From: a bacterium | GTDB lineage: Bacteria > Desulfobacterota > DSWW01 | Direction of reading: 5' to 3' | DNA length: 61,114 nt | Assembly (NCBI GenBank): GCA_040756235.1 | Contig: JBFLZG010000138.1 | Span: 1-61,114, forward strand | Part shown: piece after piece, positions 37,326-47,688 of the stretch | Layout: every line of letters starts with the position of its first letter | How positions within the stretch are numbered: the first letter of the stretch is position 1 | Program-made: the position numbers and the translations under genes | Notes under the pieces: model-generated | What the model was told of the DNA's origin: nothing | Databases searched by the model: none | Seen by the model: only the letters and a program-made list of their open reading frames with translations

Positions 37326-37652
37326 GAGTCGCCCTCCGCGATCGTGGCGTCGCTGAGCCCGGATCCCCGCCGGCCGTGCCGGTTTGCCGCAGAGGGTAGC
37401 AGTCCGAACGGCGGTCGCGCAAGAAATTCTGTTACCCGGCCGCCCGGCTGCGGCCTCGAGGTCTTCCCCGGCCCGCATCCGGCCATCCAATCTCAAGAAT
37501 GAAGCTTTCCTAAGGGGCCACGCAAGAATAACTTCGCAGGGGCAGGGCCAACGGCAACATTTTGGAGGGGGTAGGTTTCGCGCCCAGATTTGGGTCAGAT
37601 GCGAAATGGGAAGTTATTCTTGCGTGGCCCCTAAGCACAGAGAGGAGAGACC

Positions 37653-38072
37653 ATGAAGAGCTACCGGGAAGAGCTCTGGTTTCAGCTGAACACCCGCAGA
37701 GGGTTCGTCAACATCACCCCCCAGGTGGAAAGATGCCTTGCGGCGAGCGGCATCACGGAAGGTCTGTGCCTGGTCAACGCCATGCACATCACCGCGTCGG
37801 TCTTCATCAACGACGACGAATCCGGACTCCACAAAGACTACGAAGACTGGCTCGAGGGACTCGCACCGCACGAGCCCATCTCCCGCTACCGGCACAACAG
37901 GACCGGAGAGGACAACGGGGACGCCCACCTGAAGCGGCAGATCATGGGCCGGGAGGTGGTGGTGGCCGTGACCGCGGGCAAGCTCGACTGCGGCCCGTGG
38001 GAGCAGATCTTTTACGGCGAGTTCGACGGCCGCCGCCGCAAGCGGGTGCTGGTCAAGGTGATCGGCGAATGA
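37653..38072 (+). CDS. yjbQ: YjbQ/UPF0047 protein
   Basis: [18 protein letters not shown] and [11 protein letters not shown]. Confidence 0.9.
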   Translation: MKSYREELWFQLNTRRGFVNITPQVERCLAASGITEGLCLVNAMHITASVFINDDESGLHKDYEDWLEGLAPHEPISRYRHNRTGEDNGDAHLKRQIMGREVVVAVTAGKLDCGPWEQIFYGEFDGRRRKRVLVKVIGE

Positions 38073-38249
38073 GGCCGAACCGCGGAGCCCTGCTGCGGCC
38101 GAAACAACGGCCGCGCCTGGGCGGGCCGGTGTTTGCAGCCGTCGCTGCCCGCGGCATATAGTATGCGCCTGCCGCTCCCGGGCGGGAATGGGCTGTCAGG
38201 ATGAGCGCACCCCCGCACGTGACCATTTCTCTAAACAGGGAGGAACAGG

Positions 38250-40256
38250 ATGGCCATTTCCCCTTTCAAGGAAGCGATGGAGGTCAAGGCGCGTTACTTC
38301 CCCGGGGAGCGGCGGGCGATCGTCTGCAGGGGCCGCGCGCTGACCTGGCGCGAAGTCAACGAGAGGACGGACCGGCTGGCCGGCGCTCTGCACCGGCTGG
38401 GCCTGGCCCAAGGGGAGACGTGCGCGTTCCTGTTCTTCAATCAGCCCGAGTTCCTCGAGACCAACCTGGCCATCCAGGCTCTGGGTGCGATTCCCGTTCC
38501 CGTGAACTACCGGTACATGGCTGCCGAGCTCCGGTACGTGCTGGAAAACTCCAGAACCCGGTTCTTCCTTTTCAACGAAACGGCCCTTCCGCTCGTGCAA
38601 CAGGTCGCGCCCGAGCTGCCCGGGCCTCTGACGCTCGTATGTGCGGGCGGCAAGGCGCTGCCGCAGGACGTCTTGTCCTACGAGGAGCTCATCCGCTCTT
38701 CCCGCCCCCGCGGTTACCCGCGGGCGGACGTCACGGCCGAGGATACGGCGGTCATCATCTACACGGGAGGCACGACCGGCCAGCCCAAGGGGGTGATGCT
38801 CACCTATGAGAACTTCCGGGCCAACCAAGAGGCCATCTTCAGCTACCTCCTCCACCTGCTCCCGCCGGTGGAAGAGCTCGAGCTTCCGGTGCACGCGCGC
38901 TCTGAGCTGCAGAGAAAGATCCTCGGGTTGCTGGGACGCACCGCTTCTCCGGCAGCCGCTCTGCTCGAGTCGGGCGGAGATCGAAATCCCGTCGTGCTGC
39001 TCGAGCTGAAGAGCGATTCCTCCATCCAGATCCCCCCCCTGACGCTCACCGTTCGCGAGGGCAAGACCAAGATCCTGATCGGCGCGCCACCTCGCTTCGA
39101 TCTCCGTCTGCGGGTCCAGACCGGAGCGGAGCTGCGCAAGTTCCTGGAGCTGAGCTACATGACGCACACCTGGAGGGGACGCCTCGAGATCCTTCCCAAG
39201 CTCGCGCGGCTGCGCCTCTCCGGCAGTATCCGGATCGAAGGGCCGCGGCGCTACCGGTTACAGATGGCGCTGGCCAACTTCCGCAAACCGCACGAGCAAG
39301 AGATTCAGCACCTGGCCCTCGTCCCGCCCCTCTTCCATCTCGCCAGCTACGCGTTCTGGGTCACCTTCTGGATGTACCAGGAAGGCACGATCTATCTTCC
39401 GGGCGTTCCCGAGTTCCATCCCGATGAAGTCCTGGATCTCATGGAAGCGGAGCGCATCGCCTGGCTCTTTCTCGTGCCCACCATGTGGAAGAGGCTCCTG
39501 GAGGCCCTCGAGCGCCGGCCCCGGAAGATCGACTCCCTGCGGATGGCCCTCACGGGCGCCGCCGTCATGCCGTCGAAGTACAAGAAAGCCATTCTCGCGA
39601 GCTTTCCCAACGCCCTCGTGGTGGACGGGTTCGGCCAGACCGAGATGGCGCCCGTGACCACGTTCAAGATCGACGCCGACGCCGCAACCGTGCGCGAGCG
39701 CTCGGTAGGCCGGACGCTCGAGGGGCTCGAGGTGAAGATCGTGGACGAGCAGGGGGAAGAGGTGCCGGACGGGGAGATCGGAGAGCTGTGTTACAGGGGC
39801 CGGACCGTGATGAAGGGATACTTCGGAGATGAATCCAAGACCCGGGAAGTGCTGACCGCCGACGGCTGGTTCCGGTCCGGGGACCTGGCCTACCGGGGGG
39901 CGGACGGCGAGATCTATGCGGTCGAACGCAAGCGAGAGTGCATCAACAGCGGCGGAGAGAAGATCTTCCCCCAGGAGGTGGAGGACGTGCTGCTGTCCCA
40001 TCCGGCCATCCGGGAGGCCTGCGTGATCGGGGTCCCGGACGAGGAATGGGGCGAGTCGGTCCGGGCGGTTCTGGTCTTGAAGCCCGACGCTGCCCTGACC
40101 GAACAGGAGGCGATCGACTGGTGCAGGGGCAAGATCGCCGGCTACAAGAAGCCCAGATCCGCGATCTTCGTCCCCTCCCTGCCGGTGAGCCCGGTGGGGA
40201 AGGTGCTGCGCGCCACCGTCCGCGAGGCTCACGGGAAGCCGGACCGCTCCGCATGA
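38250..40256 (+). CDS. Acyl-CoA synthetase (AMP-binding) with ~140-aa internal insertion
   Basis: YTGGTTGQPKG, GFGQTE, RSGDL, SGGEKI and VGKVLR. Confidence 0.9.
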   Translation: MAISPFKEAMEVKARYFPGERRAIVCRGRALTWREVNERTDRLAGALHRLGLAQGETCAFLFFNQPEFLETNLAIQALGAIPVPVNYRYMAAELRYVLENSRTRFFLFNETALPLVQQVAPELPGPLTLVCAGGKALPQDVLSYEELIRSSRPRGYPRADVTAEDTAVIIYTGGTTGQPKGVMLTYENFRANQEAIFSYLLHLLPPVEELELPVHARSELQRKILGLLGRTASPAAALLESGGDRNPVVLLELKSDSSIQIPPLTLTVREGKTKILIGAPPRFDLRLRVQTGAELRKFLELSYMTHTWRGRLEILPKLARLRLSGSIRIEGPRRYRLQMALANFRKPHEQEIQHLALVPPLFHLASYAFWVTFWMYQEGTIYLPGVPEFHPDEVLDLMEAERIAWLFLVPTMWKRLLEALERRPRKIDSLRMALTGAAVMPSKYKKAILASFPNALVVDGFGQTEMAPVTTFKIDADAATVRERSVGRTLEGLEVKIVDEQGEEVPDGEIGELCYRGRTVMKGYFGDESKTREVLTADGWFRSGDLAYRGADGEIYAVERKRECINSGGEKIFPQEVEDVLLSHPAIREACVIGVPDEEWGESVRAVLVLKPDAALTEQEAIDWCRGKIAGYKKPRSAIFVPSLPVSPVGKVLRATVREAHGKPDRSA

Positions 40257-40266
40257 GGAGAGCGGC

Positions 40267-40291
40267 CAGCGATCAGTTGTCAGTTGTCAGG
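40267..40291. repeat. Short heptamer tandem repeat
   Basis: cagcgat-cagttgt-cagttgt-cagg. Confidence 0.55.
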
Positions 40292-40712
40292 CCGCTCCCC
40301 CGTAGCCTCGGAATGAAGAACAGATAACGGAAACGGAGCAGCGGTGGGCAACATGGAGCGCGGTGGGTGCGTCGCCGAGGAGGCGAGGGCGAGTCGCGGA
40401 GGCCGTCCCGAGCTCCGCCCGGCCGGTGGAACGCAACGCTGTTTCTCGCTATCTCGCCCTCTGGCCCGGTTTTGGGGCCAGGCGGTGTGCACCGATACAC
40501 CCGGCCCGGAGCGAGGGACGAAAAGAGCGACCTGCCCGAAAGGCCGTCGTCTCCGACCCTCGGGGAGGAGAAGGGCCGGAGCGTTCTGAGCCCGAGACGA
40601 TCGAGGCGGGGTACCCGCTGCGCTGCTCTCGCAGAACCCAGCGTGTCCGATCGCCGGTCGCCCAAGAGCGCAACTGAACCAGCAGATGGAGGCCTTTGGG
40701 ACGGGCTCCATT

Positions 40713-41297
40713 TTACCCCGAATAGATGACCGCCAGGATGACCGCCTTCCTGCCGCCCCCGCAGGCCACCAGGTGCGGGATCTTGGAATCGTAGTAGACC
40801 GCGTCGCCCGGCTGCAGGACGTCGCTGTGCTCGCCCAGGGTGATCTCCATCTCCCCTTCCAGAACGAACAGGAACTCCTCCCCGTCGTGGGATGAAGGCT
40901 TCGGGTTGGCCACGGGCGCCGGCTCCAGAGTGACCAGGAAAGGCTCCATGTGCCGGTCCTTCAGGTCGTAGCCCAGGGACTCGTAGGAGTAGCCGTACGA
41001 CACCCCCTTCTTGGAGGCGAAACGGCTCACCTGCTTCCGTTCATCCTTGCGCACGATGGCAAAGGACTTGTCCGCGTGCTGGTCGAAGAAATAGCCGGGC
41101 CGCACGTCCAGCGCCTTGGCCAGGCGGATCAAGGTTCCCAATGGCGGGGAGACGAGATGGTTTTCGATCTGCGAGAGCACGGCCGTCGACAGGCCGGTCC
41201 TCTCGGACAGGTCCTTCAGGGAAAGCGCCTTGTCCTCCCGCAGCAGCTTGAGCTTCTCGCCTACCTGCACGAGCTGCTCGGGTCCTTCGTTTTCCAT
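40713..41297 (-). CDS. XRE HTH plus cupin transcriptional regulator
   Basis: SLKDLSERTG..LSQIE and HDGEEFLFVLEG...GDAVYYDS..PH. Confidence 0.9.
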   Translation of the reverse strand: MENEGPEQLVQVGEKLKLLREDKALSLKDLSERTGLSTAVLSQIENHLVSPPLGTLIRLAKALDVRPGYFFDQHADKSFAIVRKDERKQVSRFASKKGVSYGYSYESLGYDLKDRHMEPFLVTLEPAPVANPKPSSHDGEEFLFVLEGEMEITLGEHSDVLQPGDAVYYDSKIPHLVACGGGRKAVILAVIYSG

Positions 41298-41341
41298 ATG
41301 CATGCTCCTCATCCTGGCCGCATGACGATCCTACGCCGCGT

Positions 41342-41905
41342 TCAGGACGTCTGCCGTGCGTTCTTCTGCGCCCACCCGTAACCGACTTCGAGGGCCGCAA
41401 GGTTGGCAGCCAGGAACTTCTCGATCGCCTTGGGTGACAGCATCTTCTCCATGGCCTTGGGGAGGACTTCCTTGCTCACGATGCCGGTACGCTCGACGAA
41501 GCAACCCAGCGCCGCAAGGCTGCCGAGCTGGGCATTGCCGATCTCGGCGCCCAGTTCGTTCGCCGGAATCGGCAGCACCTCGATGTCCGCGCGCGCCACC
41601 TTTTCGGGAGAGATGAGGGAGCTGTTGAAGACGAGCAGCCCTCCGGGCCGGATCAGCGGTGCAAAACGGAACAGCGAAGCTTCGTTCATGATGATGGCAG
41701 AGCAAGGATCGTCCGGAACGGGCGATCCGATTTCCCCGGATGACAGGATCACGTTGCAGTTGGCGGTGCCGCCCCGCATCTCCACTCCATAGGACGGCAT
41801 GAACGTCACGTGCAATTCCTCCTCGAGCCCGGCCTGCGCCAGCAGGTTCCCGATGAACAGGACCCCTTGCCCTCCGAATCCGGCGATGATCACGTCGTGG
41901 TACAT
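41342..41905 (-). CDS. 2-oxoacid:ferredoxin oxidoreductase gamma subunit
   Basis: IAGFGGQG and PSYGVEMRGGTANC. Confidence 0.92.
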   Translation of the reverse strand: MYHDVIIAGFGGQGVLFIGNLLAQAGLEEELHVTFMPSYGVEMRGGTANCNVILSSGEIGSPVPDDPCSAIIMNEASLFRFAPLIRPGGLLVFNSSLISPEKVARADIEVLPIPANELGAEIGNAQLGSLAALGCFVERTGIVSKEVLPKAMEKMLSPKAIEKFLAANLAALEVGYGWAQKNARQTS

Positions 41906-41953
41906 CCGGTCCTCCTCGACCTTCGCGCTCCGTCCGCTCCCCCCCTGTGAAAA

Positions 41954-42712
41954 TCACAGGTGGTCTGCCATCTTCCTTTCCTTGAACACGCCCAGCGGAA
42001 AGTAAGGGATCATCTCCTGTTCGATCCGTTTGCAGGCCTCGAGCGGCGTCATGTTCCAATCGGTCGGGCAGGCGGACAGAACCTCCACGAAGCTGAACCC
42101 CATTTCTTCCTTCTGCATCCGGAACGCCTCGCGGATCGATTTCTTGGCTTTCATCAGGTTGGCCGGTTTGTCGACCGCAACCCGGCAGACGTAGGCGGAC
42201 CCCTCCAGCGTGGCCAGCATCTCGGCCATGCGGATGGGATAGCCGTCCTGCCGGAAATCCCTTCCGTAAGGGGATGTCGTCGTGACCTGACCGAGCAAGG
42301 TGGTGGGCGCCATCTGGCCTCCGGTCATGCCGTAGGTGGTGTTGTTCACGAAGATGATCGTGATGTTTTCGCCGCGGTTGGCCGTGTGGATGATCTCGGA
42401 GGTGCCGATCGCCGCCAGGTCCCCGTCCCCCTGCAGGGCGAAAACGATCTTGTCCGGGTGCACCCGCTTGACTCCGGTGGCCACTGCGGGCGCCCGACCA
42501 TGAGGCGCTTCGACTACATCCAGATCGAAGTAGTTGTAGAGAAAGACGCTGCATCCCACGGAGGCCACGCCGATCGTCTTCTCCCGCAGACTGTGATGGT
42601 CGATGGCTTCCGCGACCAGGCGGTGGATGAGCCCGTGGTGGCAGCCGGGGCAAAAGCTGAAATCCGTAAGCTTCAGGCTGGCGGGCCGTTCAAATACGAC
42701 TTTCATATCCAT
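41954..42712 (-). CDS. 2-oxoacid:ferredoxin oxidoreductase beta (TPP-binding) subunit
   Basis: [24 protein letters not shown] and CPTDW. Confidence 0.92.
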   Translation of the reverse strand: MDMKVVFERPASLKLTDFSFCPGCHHGLIHRLVAEAIDHHSLREKTIGVASVGCSVFLYNYFDLDVVEAPHGRAPAVATGVKRVHPDKIVFALQGDGDLAAIGTSEIIHTANRGENITIIFVNNTTYGMTGGQMAPTTLLGQVTTTSPYGRDFRQDGYPIRMAEMLATLEGSAYVCRVAVDKPANLMKAKKSIREAFRMQKEEMGFSFVEVLSACPTDWNMTPLEACKRIEQEMIPYFPLGVFKERKMADHL

Positions 42713-43799
42713 TCCTCTTGACCTTCTCTGATGCACCCGCTTCGGCGCCGCAGAGCGATCGGATTCGCTCGAAGATCTCCCTGGGAGTCGGCAGCGATCC
42801 GGCGCCGCAGGGGCGCCCGTAGAAATGGACCTCGGCCCCTTTGCCGACCGCGAGCTGCACATCTTCCACCATCTGACCGGCGTTGAGCTCCACGACCAGG
42901 AACTTGCTCGAGAGCTCCGATGCTTCCTTGAGGGCCGCCTGCGGGAACGGAAAAAGCGTGATCGGGCGGATGAGGCCGACCCGCAGTCCGGCCTTTCTGG
43001 CGAGCGCCTGCGAGCTCTTGCAGATGCGGGCCGCGGTGCCGAAAGCGACCAGGATGAGCTCCGCGTCTTCGAGCTCCACGGACTCGGACAAGACGATTTC
43101 CTTCTTCATTCGCTCGTATTTCTGGACCAGCTGCCAGATGTGCTGCTCGAGCTCTCCCTCGGCCAGGAAGAGCGACTTGATCACGTTCGGCGCCCTCCCC
43201 TTGCATCCTGAGAGCGCCCAGTCCTTGGGGGGCAGCTCCAGAAGCGGCGGAGGCTCCCGCCTGAGAGGCTCTTTCATCTGCCCCAGGACCGCGTCGCCGA
43301 GAACCATGGCGGGGTTGCGGTACTTGTCCGCGAAATCGAAAGCACGGCAGGTCAGATCGTAGAGCTCCTGCACGGAATGGGGGGCCAGCACGATGAGATG
43401 ATAGTCTCCGTGACCCCCGCCTTTCACCGCTTGCCAGTAATCGCCCTGGGAAGCCGAAATGCCGCCCAGCCCGGGAGAGCTCCTGGACATGTTGACGATG
43501 ACCCCCGGCAGCTCCGATCCGGCCAGGTAGGAGATCCCCTCCTGCTTCAGGGAGATCCCGGGGCTGGAAGAGGAGGTCATGGCGCGGGCGCCGGCGGCCG
43601 CTGCGCCCAGCAGCATGTTGATGGAGGCGATTTCGCTCTCGGCCTGAATGAAGGTGCCGCCGACCCGCGGCAAGTGGCGGGACAGGTACTCGGGAATCTC
43701 ATTCTGCGGCGTGATCGGGTACCCGAAGTAAAACCTGCAACCGGCATCCAGGGCGCCCATTGCGACCGCTTCGTTGCCTTTGATCAGTTTCTTCTCCAT
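42690..43799 (-). CDS. 2-oxoacid:ferredoxin oxidoreductase alpha subunit (VorB-like)
   Basis: KGNEA, GYPITPQ, QAESE and TSSSSPG. Confidence 0.92.
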   Translation of the reverse strand: MEKKLIKGNEAVAMGALDAGCRFYFGYPITPQNEIPEYLSRHLPRVGGTFIQAESEIASINMLLGAAAAGARAMTSSSSPGISLKQEGISYLAGSELPGVIVNMSRSSPGLGGISASQGDYWQAVKGGGHGDYHLIVLAPHSVQELYDLTCRAFDFADKYRNPAMVLGDAVLGQMKEPLRREPPPLLELPPKDWALSGCKGRAPNVIKSLFLAEGELEQHIWQLVQKYERMKKEIVLSESVELEDAELILVAFGTAARICKSSQALARKAGLRVGLIRPITLFPFPQAALKEASELSSKFLVVELNAGQMVEDVQLAVGKGAEVHFYGRPCGAGSLPTPREIFERIRSLCGAEAGASEKVKRNGYESRI

Positions 43800-43843
43800 G
43801 CCATCGCCCCTTTTCCCCTGCACGGGGGGTCGCGGTTCGGGCG

Positions 43844-44047
43844 CTATCGCCAGACCCGGATGCAGATATCCGGGCACATTTCCGCACACAGCGCGCAGCC
43901 GGTACACTTTTCCAGGTCGGCAACACCGGCCGGCTCATAGCCCTTCTGGTTGTATACTGGCTCCACCACGAGGATCTTCTTGGGACAGACGGAGATGCAG
44001 AGCCTGCAGCCCTTGCATCTTTCCGTTTCAATCACGATTTTGGCCAT
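43844..44047 (-). CDS. 2x[4Fe-4S] ferredoxin (delta subunit)
   Basis: CKGCRLCISVCP and CTGCALCAEMCP. Confidence 0.93.
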   Translation of the reverse strand: MAKIVIETERCKGCRLCISVCPKKILVVEPVYNQKGYEPAGVADLEKCTGCALCAEMCPDICIRVWR

Positions 44048-44114
44048 TGCCGATCCATCCTTGCGTCTCGAGCTCACCCGCAGGCAAAACCATCCGCCAC
44101 CGCGGTACCCTCAT

Positions 44115-44143
44115 TCATTAGCATGCGCTCGGGGGGGTGTCAA
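44115..44143 (-). promoter_or_regulatory. Possible promoter for the oxidoreductase operon
   Basis: Minus strand TTGACA-N17-TAATGA (imperfect -10). Confidence 0.4.
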
Positions 44144-44194
44144 AAAGCGGCGGGGCGCGGTGCGGCCGGGAGGATCCCGCCCCGGGCGCTCCCG

Positions 44195-46846
44195 TCAACC
44201 GGTCTCGCTCGCAGAAGACTCTCCGGGGAGCAGACGCAGGAGGTTCTTGCGGACCTGCTCCATCCTCTCCCTACCGGCAGGGTCGAGCTGGAGGCGTTGG
44301 GCCCCCCGGCCGGATGTCCGCTGCACGCATCCGTGATCGACGAGCCACTCCAGGGCGTTGCGGAAGGCGAACACGGACCTGCACTCGCGGCGCTGGAGAT
44401 CGCCTCTGCGATAGAGCCGGTCAGCCGACTCCAGGGTCTGTTTCAAGAATTCCTTTTCGTCGCACGGCTCCTTCAGCCGCATTTGAGCGCTCCGAAACAG
44501 CGCATAGTAGGACTCGAAGAAGTTGTCCAGCAGTCCTGCAAGATAGAAGAGCTCGCGCCCCCCGGCCGGCCGGACCTGGCCGTTTTCCAGCGAAGCGAGG
44601 AGAGGTTGCCCGGAAGGCGGCCCTCTGCGCACCGTCTCCCAATAACTCTGCACCGGCTCTTCGCGCGGGAAGATGAACTCGCGCGCGAACAGCTCCTGCA
44701 GGAAGCGAATGCCTTCCACCAAGCGCTCCTCCGGCAGGCGCTCGCACCGATGGAGCCGGAAGATGCATCCCGCAATCGAAAAGGGCAGAAAAAAGTGGAG
44801 GATGTTGTTCTTGTAGTAGTCCAAATGCATCCTCTTGGAATCATCCAGCGTGTACAGGGTCCCCTCCGGATCTTCCCACTTCTGAATGAGACGATCGTCG
44901 ACGAACCGCTCCAGCGTCTCTTCCATTGCGTAACGCAGGCTCCGCAGCCCTGGGGTCGTCCTGGCGCCCAGACCTTGGATCAGCTCGAGCAGAAAGGCGG
45001 AGCGCTCCAGGAGCTCCGCCTCGGAGATGCCGCGCTTGGCGTGGTTGAGCAGCACCGTGGCCGCAACCGCCACCGGCGTCACCGTGGTGACCTTGTTGAT
45101 GGCGTAGCTGGTGGACAGCGCCAGTTCCTCGCAGATCTTCCACCTTCTGGCAGTGTCCATGCGGGCCAGGTCCAGGTTCCTCGCCCTGAGATATTCGCGC
45201 AGGGAAAGGGGCGACGCGAACTGGATGTATACCCGGCCGTATTTCCTTCTCAGAAACCGGGGCATCTTGAGGAGGTCCCAAAACTTCTCCCGCTCCTTCC
45301 TGGCCCCGCCGGTCTCGCGCGTGTGGCTCGACTCCTCCACGAGCCTGTCGTAGGTGATCGCGACCGGGACGAGATGCAGATCGTCGCAGACCCCTTCCCC
45401 GAACGCATCGATCTCCATGGAAAGCATGCCCAGCCTCGGCGGAAGCAGTTTGCCCGTGCGGCTCCTCGTCCCCTCGGGAAAGAACTCCTGCACATAGCCT
45501 CCGCGCAGAAGTTTCTTCAAATACGAGCTGAAGACCGCTGCATAGAGTCTCTGGCCCCGTATGGTCCTGCGCAGAAAAAAGGCTCCTCCCTTGCGGAAAA
45601 TGTGCCCGAGAGGCCAGAAGGAGAGATTGACCCCCGCCGCGATATGGGGGGGAGGCAGGTCGTTGTGGTAGAAGACGTACGAGAGCACGAGATAGTCCAC
45701 GTGGCTCTTGTGGCTCGGCAGGAGGATCAGGGGACTCTTGCGCGCGGCCTCCTTGACCCTCCTGAGACCTTCCTGGTCCACGGAGATCCCGCTGTAGATG
45801 TTGTTCCAGACCCACGTCAGCAGCCGTTCCAGGATCTGGATGTACGTGATGCTGTAATCCGCCGCGATCTCGTCCGCGTATCGGGACGCCTGCTTCATGA
45901 CCTTGTCGAACGACATACCCTCGGAGCGTGCGAGCTCCCTCACCAGTGCCCGCAGCGCGGGATGGCTCAGGATCGATTCGATGACGTACTTGCGCGGTTT
46001 CAAGGTGGGGCCGGTGACTTCGATCCTGGCGAGGCTCAGCTCTCGGTGCAGGGCCCACTTGATCTTCTTGACCAGCAGCTCCTTTTCGAGATGCTGGTTG
46101 GTCTTCATGAACTCTGCAAGATCGATGACCTGCCCCGTCATGACGACCGAATTGCGTGAGTAGCGCAGGAGAAAGATGACCTGGCGGGTGAGCCCTGGAG
46201 TCTCCCGGGCCCCCAGGAAGATGTCCAGGAGGCTCCTCTCCAGCTTCTCCGGCCGCTTTCCCCACAGGATCCCCACGGGAACCAGAAAGACCGGGCGCGG
46301 ATTGTTGCTGCAGATGGACAGCAGGTTCTCCAGGATCTCTCTGGCCTGGATCTGGGCCCTCATCTTGAAGAAGCGGGGGGCCCGGAGGAACAGCACGACG
46401 TGGCGGCCCTGCCGAAGGTACTCGCGGTAGCGGGAGGTGAACAGCGAGCCCTTGCGCCGGTAGAGGAAAGGGATCGCCCTGGCCAGAGCCCGAAGAAGCT
46501 TGCCGAGCGGCTGGAACAGGGCAAAGGCCGGAATGCCGTTGCCGTAGGATGCGAGTGGGATGCGGAGCCGCAGGCACCAGAAGTTCAGAAACAGATACAG
46601 GAGCACGCTGGCGCTCTGCATCACGTAGATGACCTGCCCCTTGCGCGCAAGGTCCTCCAGGTTCTCGGCCTGGGCCTCGGGAAAGCGGATCGGCAGGAAC
46701 AGTCGCCTGAACAAGGCGCGCATCACCAGGCCGTACCGGCCGTGCATTTCCAGCAGGTCGCCGAAAGGGCTCGGCACGGGGTCGGTCAATGAACCGGGGA
46801 GGTCTTTTGCGGGAGTCGTGTTCCGGGAATCGTTGGGGAGATTCAT
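44195..46846 (-). CDS. plsB: Glycerol-3-phosphate acyltransferase
   Basis: PSHKSHVDY (HxxxxD), GAFFLRR and FFPEGTRSRTG. Confidence 0.85.
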   Translation of the reverse strand: MNLPNDSRNTTPAKDLPGSLTDPVPSPFGDLLEMHGRYGLVMRALFRRLFLPIRFPEAQAENLEDLARKGQVIYVMQSASVLLYLFLNFWCLRLRIPLASYGNGIPAFALFQPLGKLLRALARAIPFLYRRKGSLFTSRYREYLRQGRHVVLFLRAPRFFKMRAQIQAREILENLLSICSNNPRPVFLVPVGILWGKRPEKLERSLLDIFLGARETPGLTRQVIFLLRYSRNSVVMTGQVIDLAEFMKTNQHLEKELLVKKIKWALHRELSLARIEVTGPTLKPRKYVIESILSHPALRALVRELARSEGMSFDKVMKQASRYADEIAADYSITYIQILERLLTWVWNNIYSGISVDQEGLRRVKEAARKSPLILLPSHKSHVDYLVLSYVFYHNDLPPPHIAAGVNLSFWPLGHIFRKGGAFFLRRTIRGQRLYAAVFSSYLKKLLRGGYVQEFFPEGTRSRTGKLLPPRLGMLSMEIDAFGEGVCDDLHLVPVAITYDRLVEESSHTRETGGARKEREKFWDLLKMPRFLRRKYGRVYIQFASPLSLREYLRARNLDLARMDTARRWKICEELALSTSYAINKVTTVTPVAVAATVLLNHAKRGISEAELLERSAFLLELIQGLGARTTPGLRSLRYAMEETLERFVDDRLIQKWEDPEGTLYTLDDSKRMHLDYYKNNILHFFLPFSIAGCIFRLHRCERLPEERLVEGIRFLQELFAREFIFPREEPVQSYWETVRRGPPSGQPLLASLENGQVRPAGGRELFYLAGLLDNFFESYYALFRSAQMRLKEPCDEKEFLKQTLESADRLYRRGDLQRRECRSVFAFRNALEWLVDHGCVQRTSGRGAQRLQLDPAGRERMEQVRKNLLRLLPGESSASETG

Positions 46847-46866
46847 GTTGGCCTTTCACTGGCCTT

Positions 46867-47688
46867 TCACAGGTCCACGTATTCGAATTCCGTGGCCGGC
46901 AGCGACAGGATCATTTGCGCAAGCTCCAAGAAGTGAGGAGAGGAGTCGGTCATGTAGACCTTGGGGGCGCACCTCTCGCGTCCCGCGTTCCGGGTGCCGT
47001 TCTGATCCAGCAGGTTCCGGACCTGGACGGCGATTTCCTCCGCGGAATCGACGAGGCGCACCTTTTCTCCCATGATCCCGGAGATCACCGATTTGAGCAA
47101 CGGGTAGTGCGTGCACCCCAGGACCAGGACGTCGACGTCCCGCTTCCGCAGCGGTTCGAGGTACCGCTCGGCGACCAGGTAAGTCACTTCGTCCTGAGTC
47201 CAGCCTTCTTCGGCCAGAGAAACGAACAGCGGGCACGGCACGCTGACCACCTCGATCGAGCTCTCGACGGTGCGGATGACCTCCTCGTAGGCCCGGCTCC
47301 GAATCGTCGCGACGGTTCCGATCACCCCTACCCTGCCGTTGCGCGTCAGCCTGGCCGCTCGCTCGGCCCCGGGTTGAATCACACCCAGAACCGGTATCGG
47401 AAACGCCTGTCTCAGAGCCTCCAGGGCAAGGGAGGAGGCGGTGTTGCAGGCCACAACCAGGCACTTGATGCCCTTTTCCACGAGGAAGGAGGTGTTCTTC
47501 AAAGAATACTTGACCACCGTCTCCCGGGACTTGGTGCCGTACGGCAACCTCGCCGTATCCCCGAGGTAGATCATCCGTTCGGAAGGGAGACGGCGCAGCA
47601 ACTGGCGCAGTACCGTGAGCCCCCCCACTCCGGAATCGAAGATTCCGATGGGGCGGCTGTTGCCCGGGTCTTCCTCAAGTCTTGTCAT
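46867..47688 (-). CDS. murI: Glutamate racemase
   Basis: FDSGVGG, PYGTK, VACNTAS and LGCTHYP. Confidence 0.95.
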   Translation of the reverse strand: MTRLEEDPGNSRPIGIFDSGVGGLTVLRQLLRRLPSERMIYLGDTARLPYGTKSRETVVKYSLKNTSFLVEKGIKCLVVACNTASSLALEALRQAFPIPVLGVIQPGAERAARLTRNGRVGVIGTVATIRSRAYEEVIRTVESSIEVVSVPCPLFVSLAEEGWTQDEVTYLVAERYLEPLRKRDVDVLVLGCTHYPLLKSVISGIMGEKVRLVDSAEEIAVQVRNLLDQNGTRNAGRERCAPKVYMTDSSPHFLELAQMILSLPATEFEYVDL

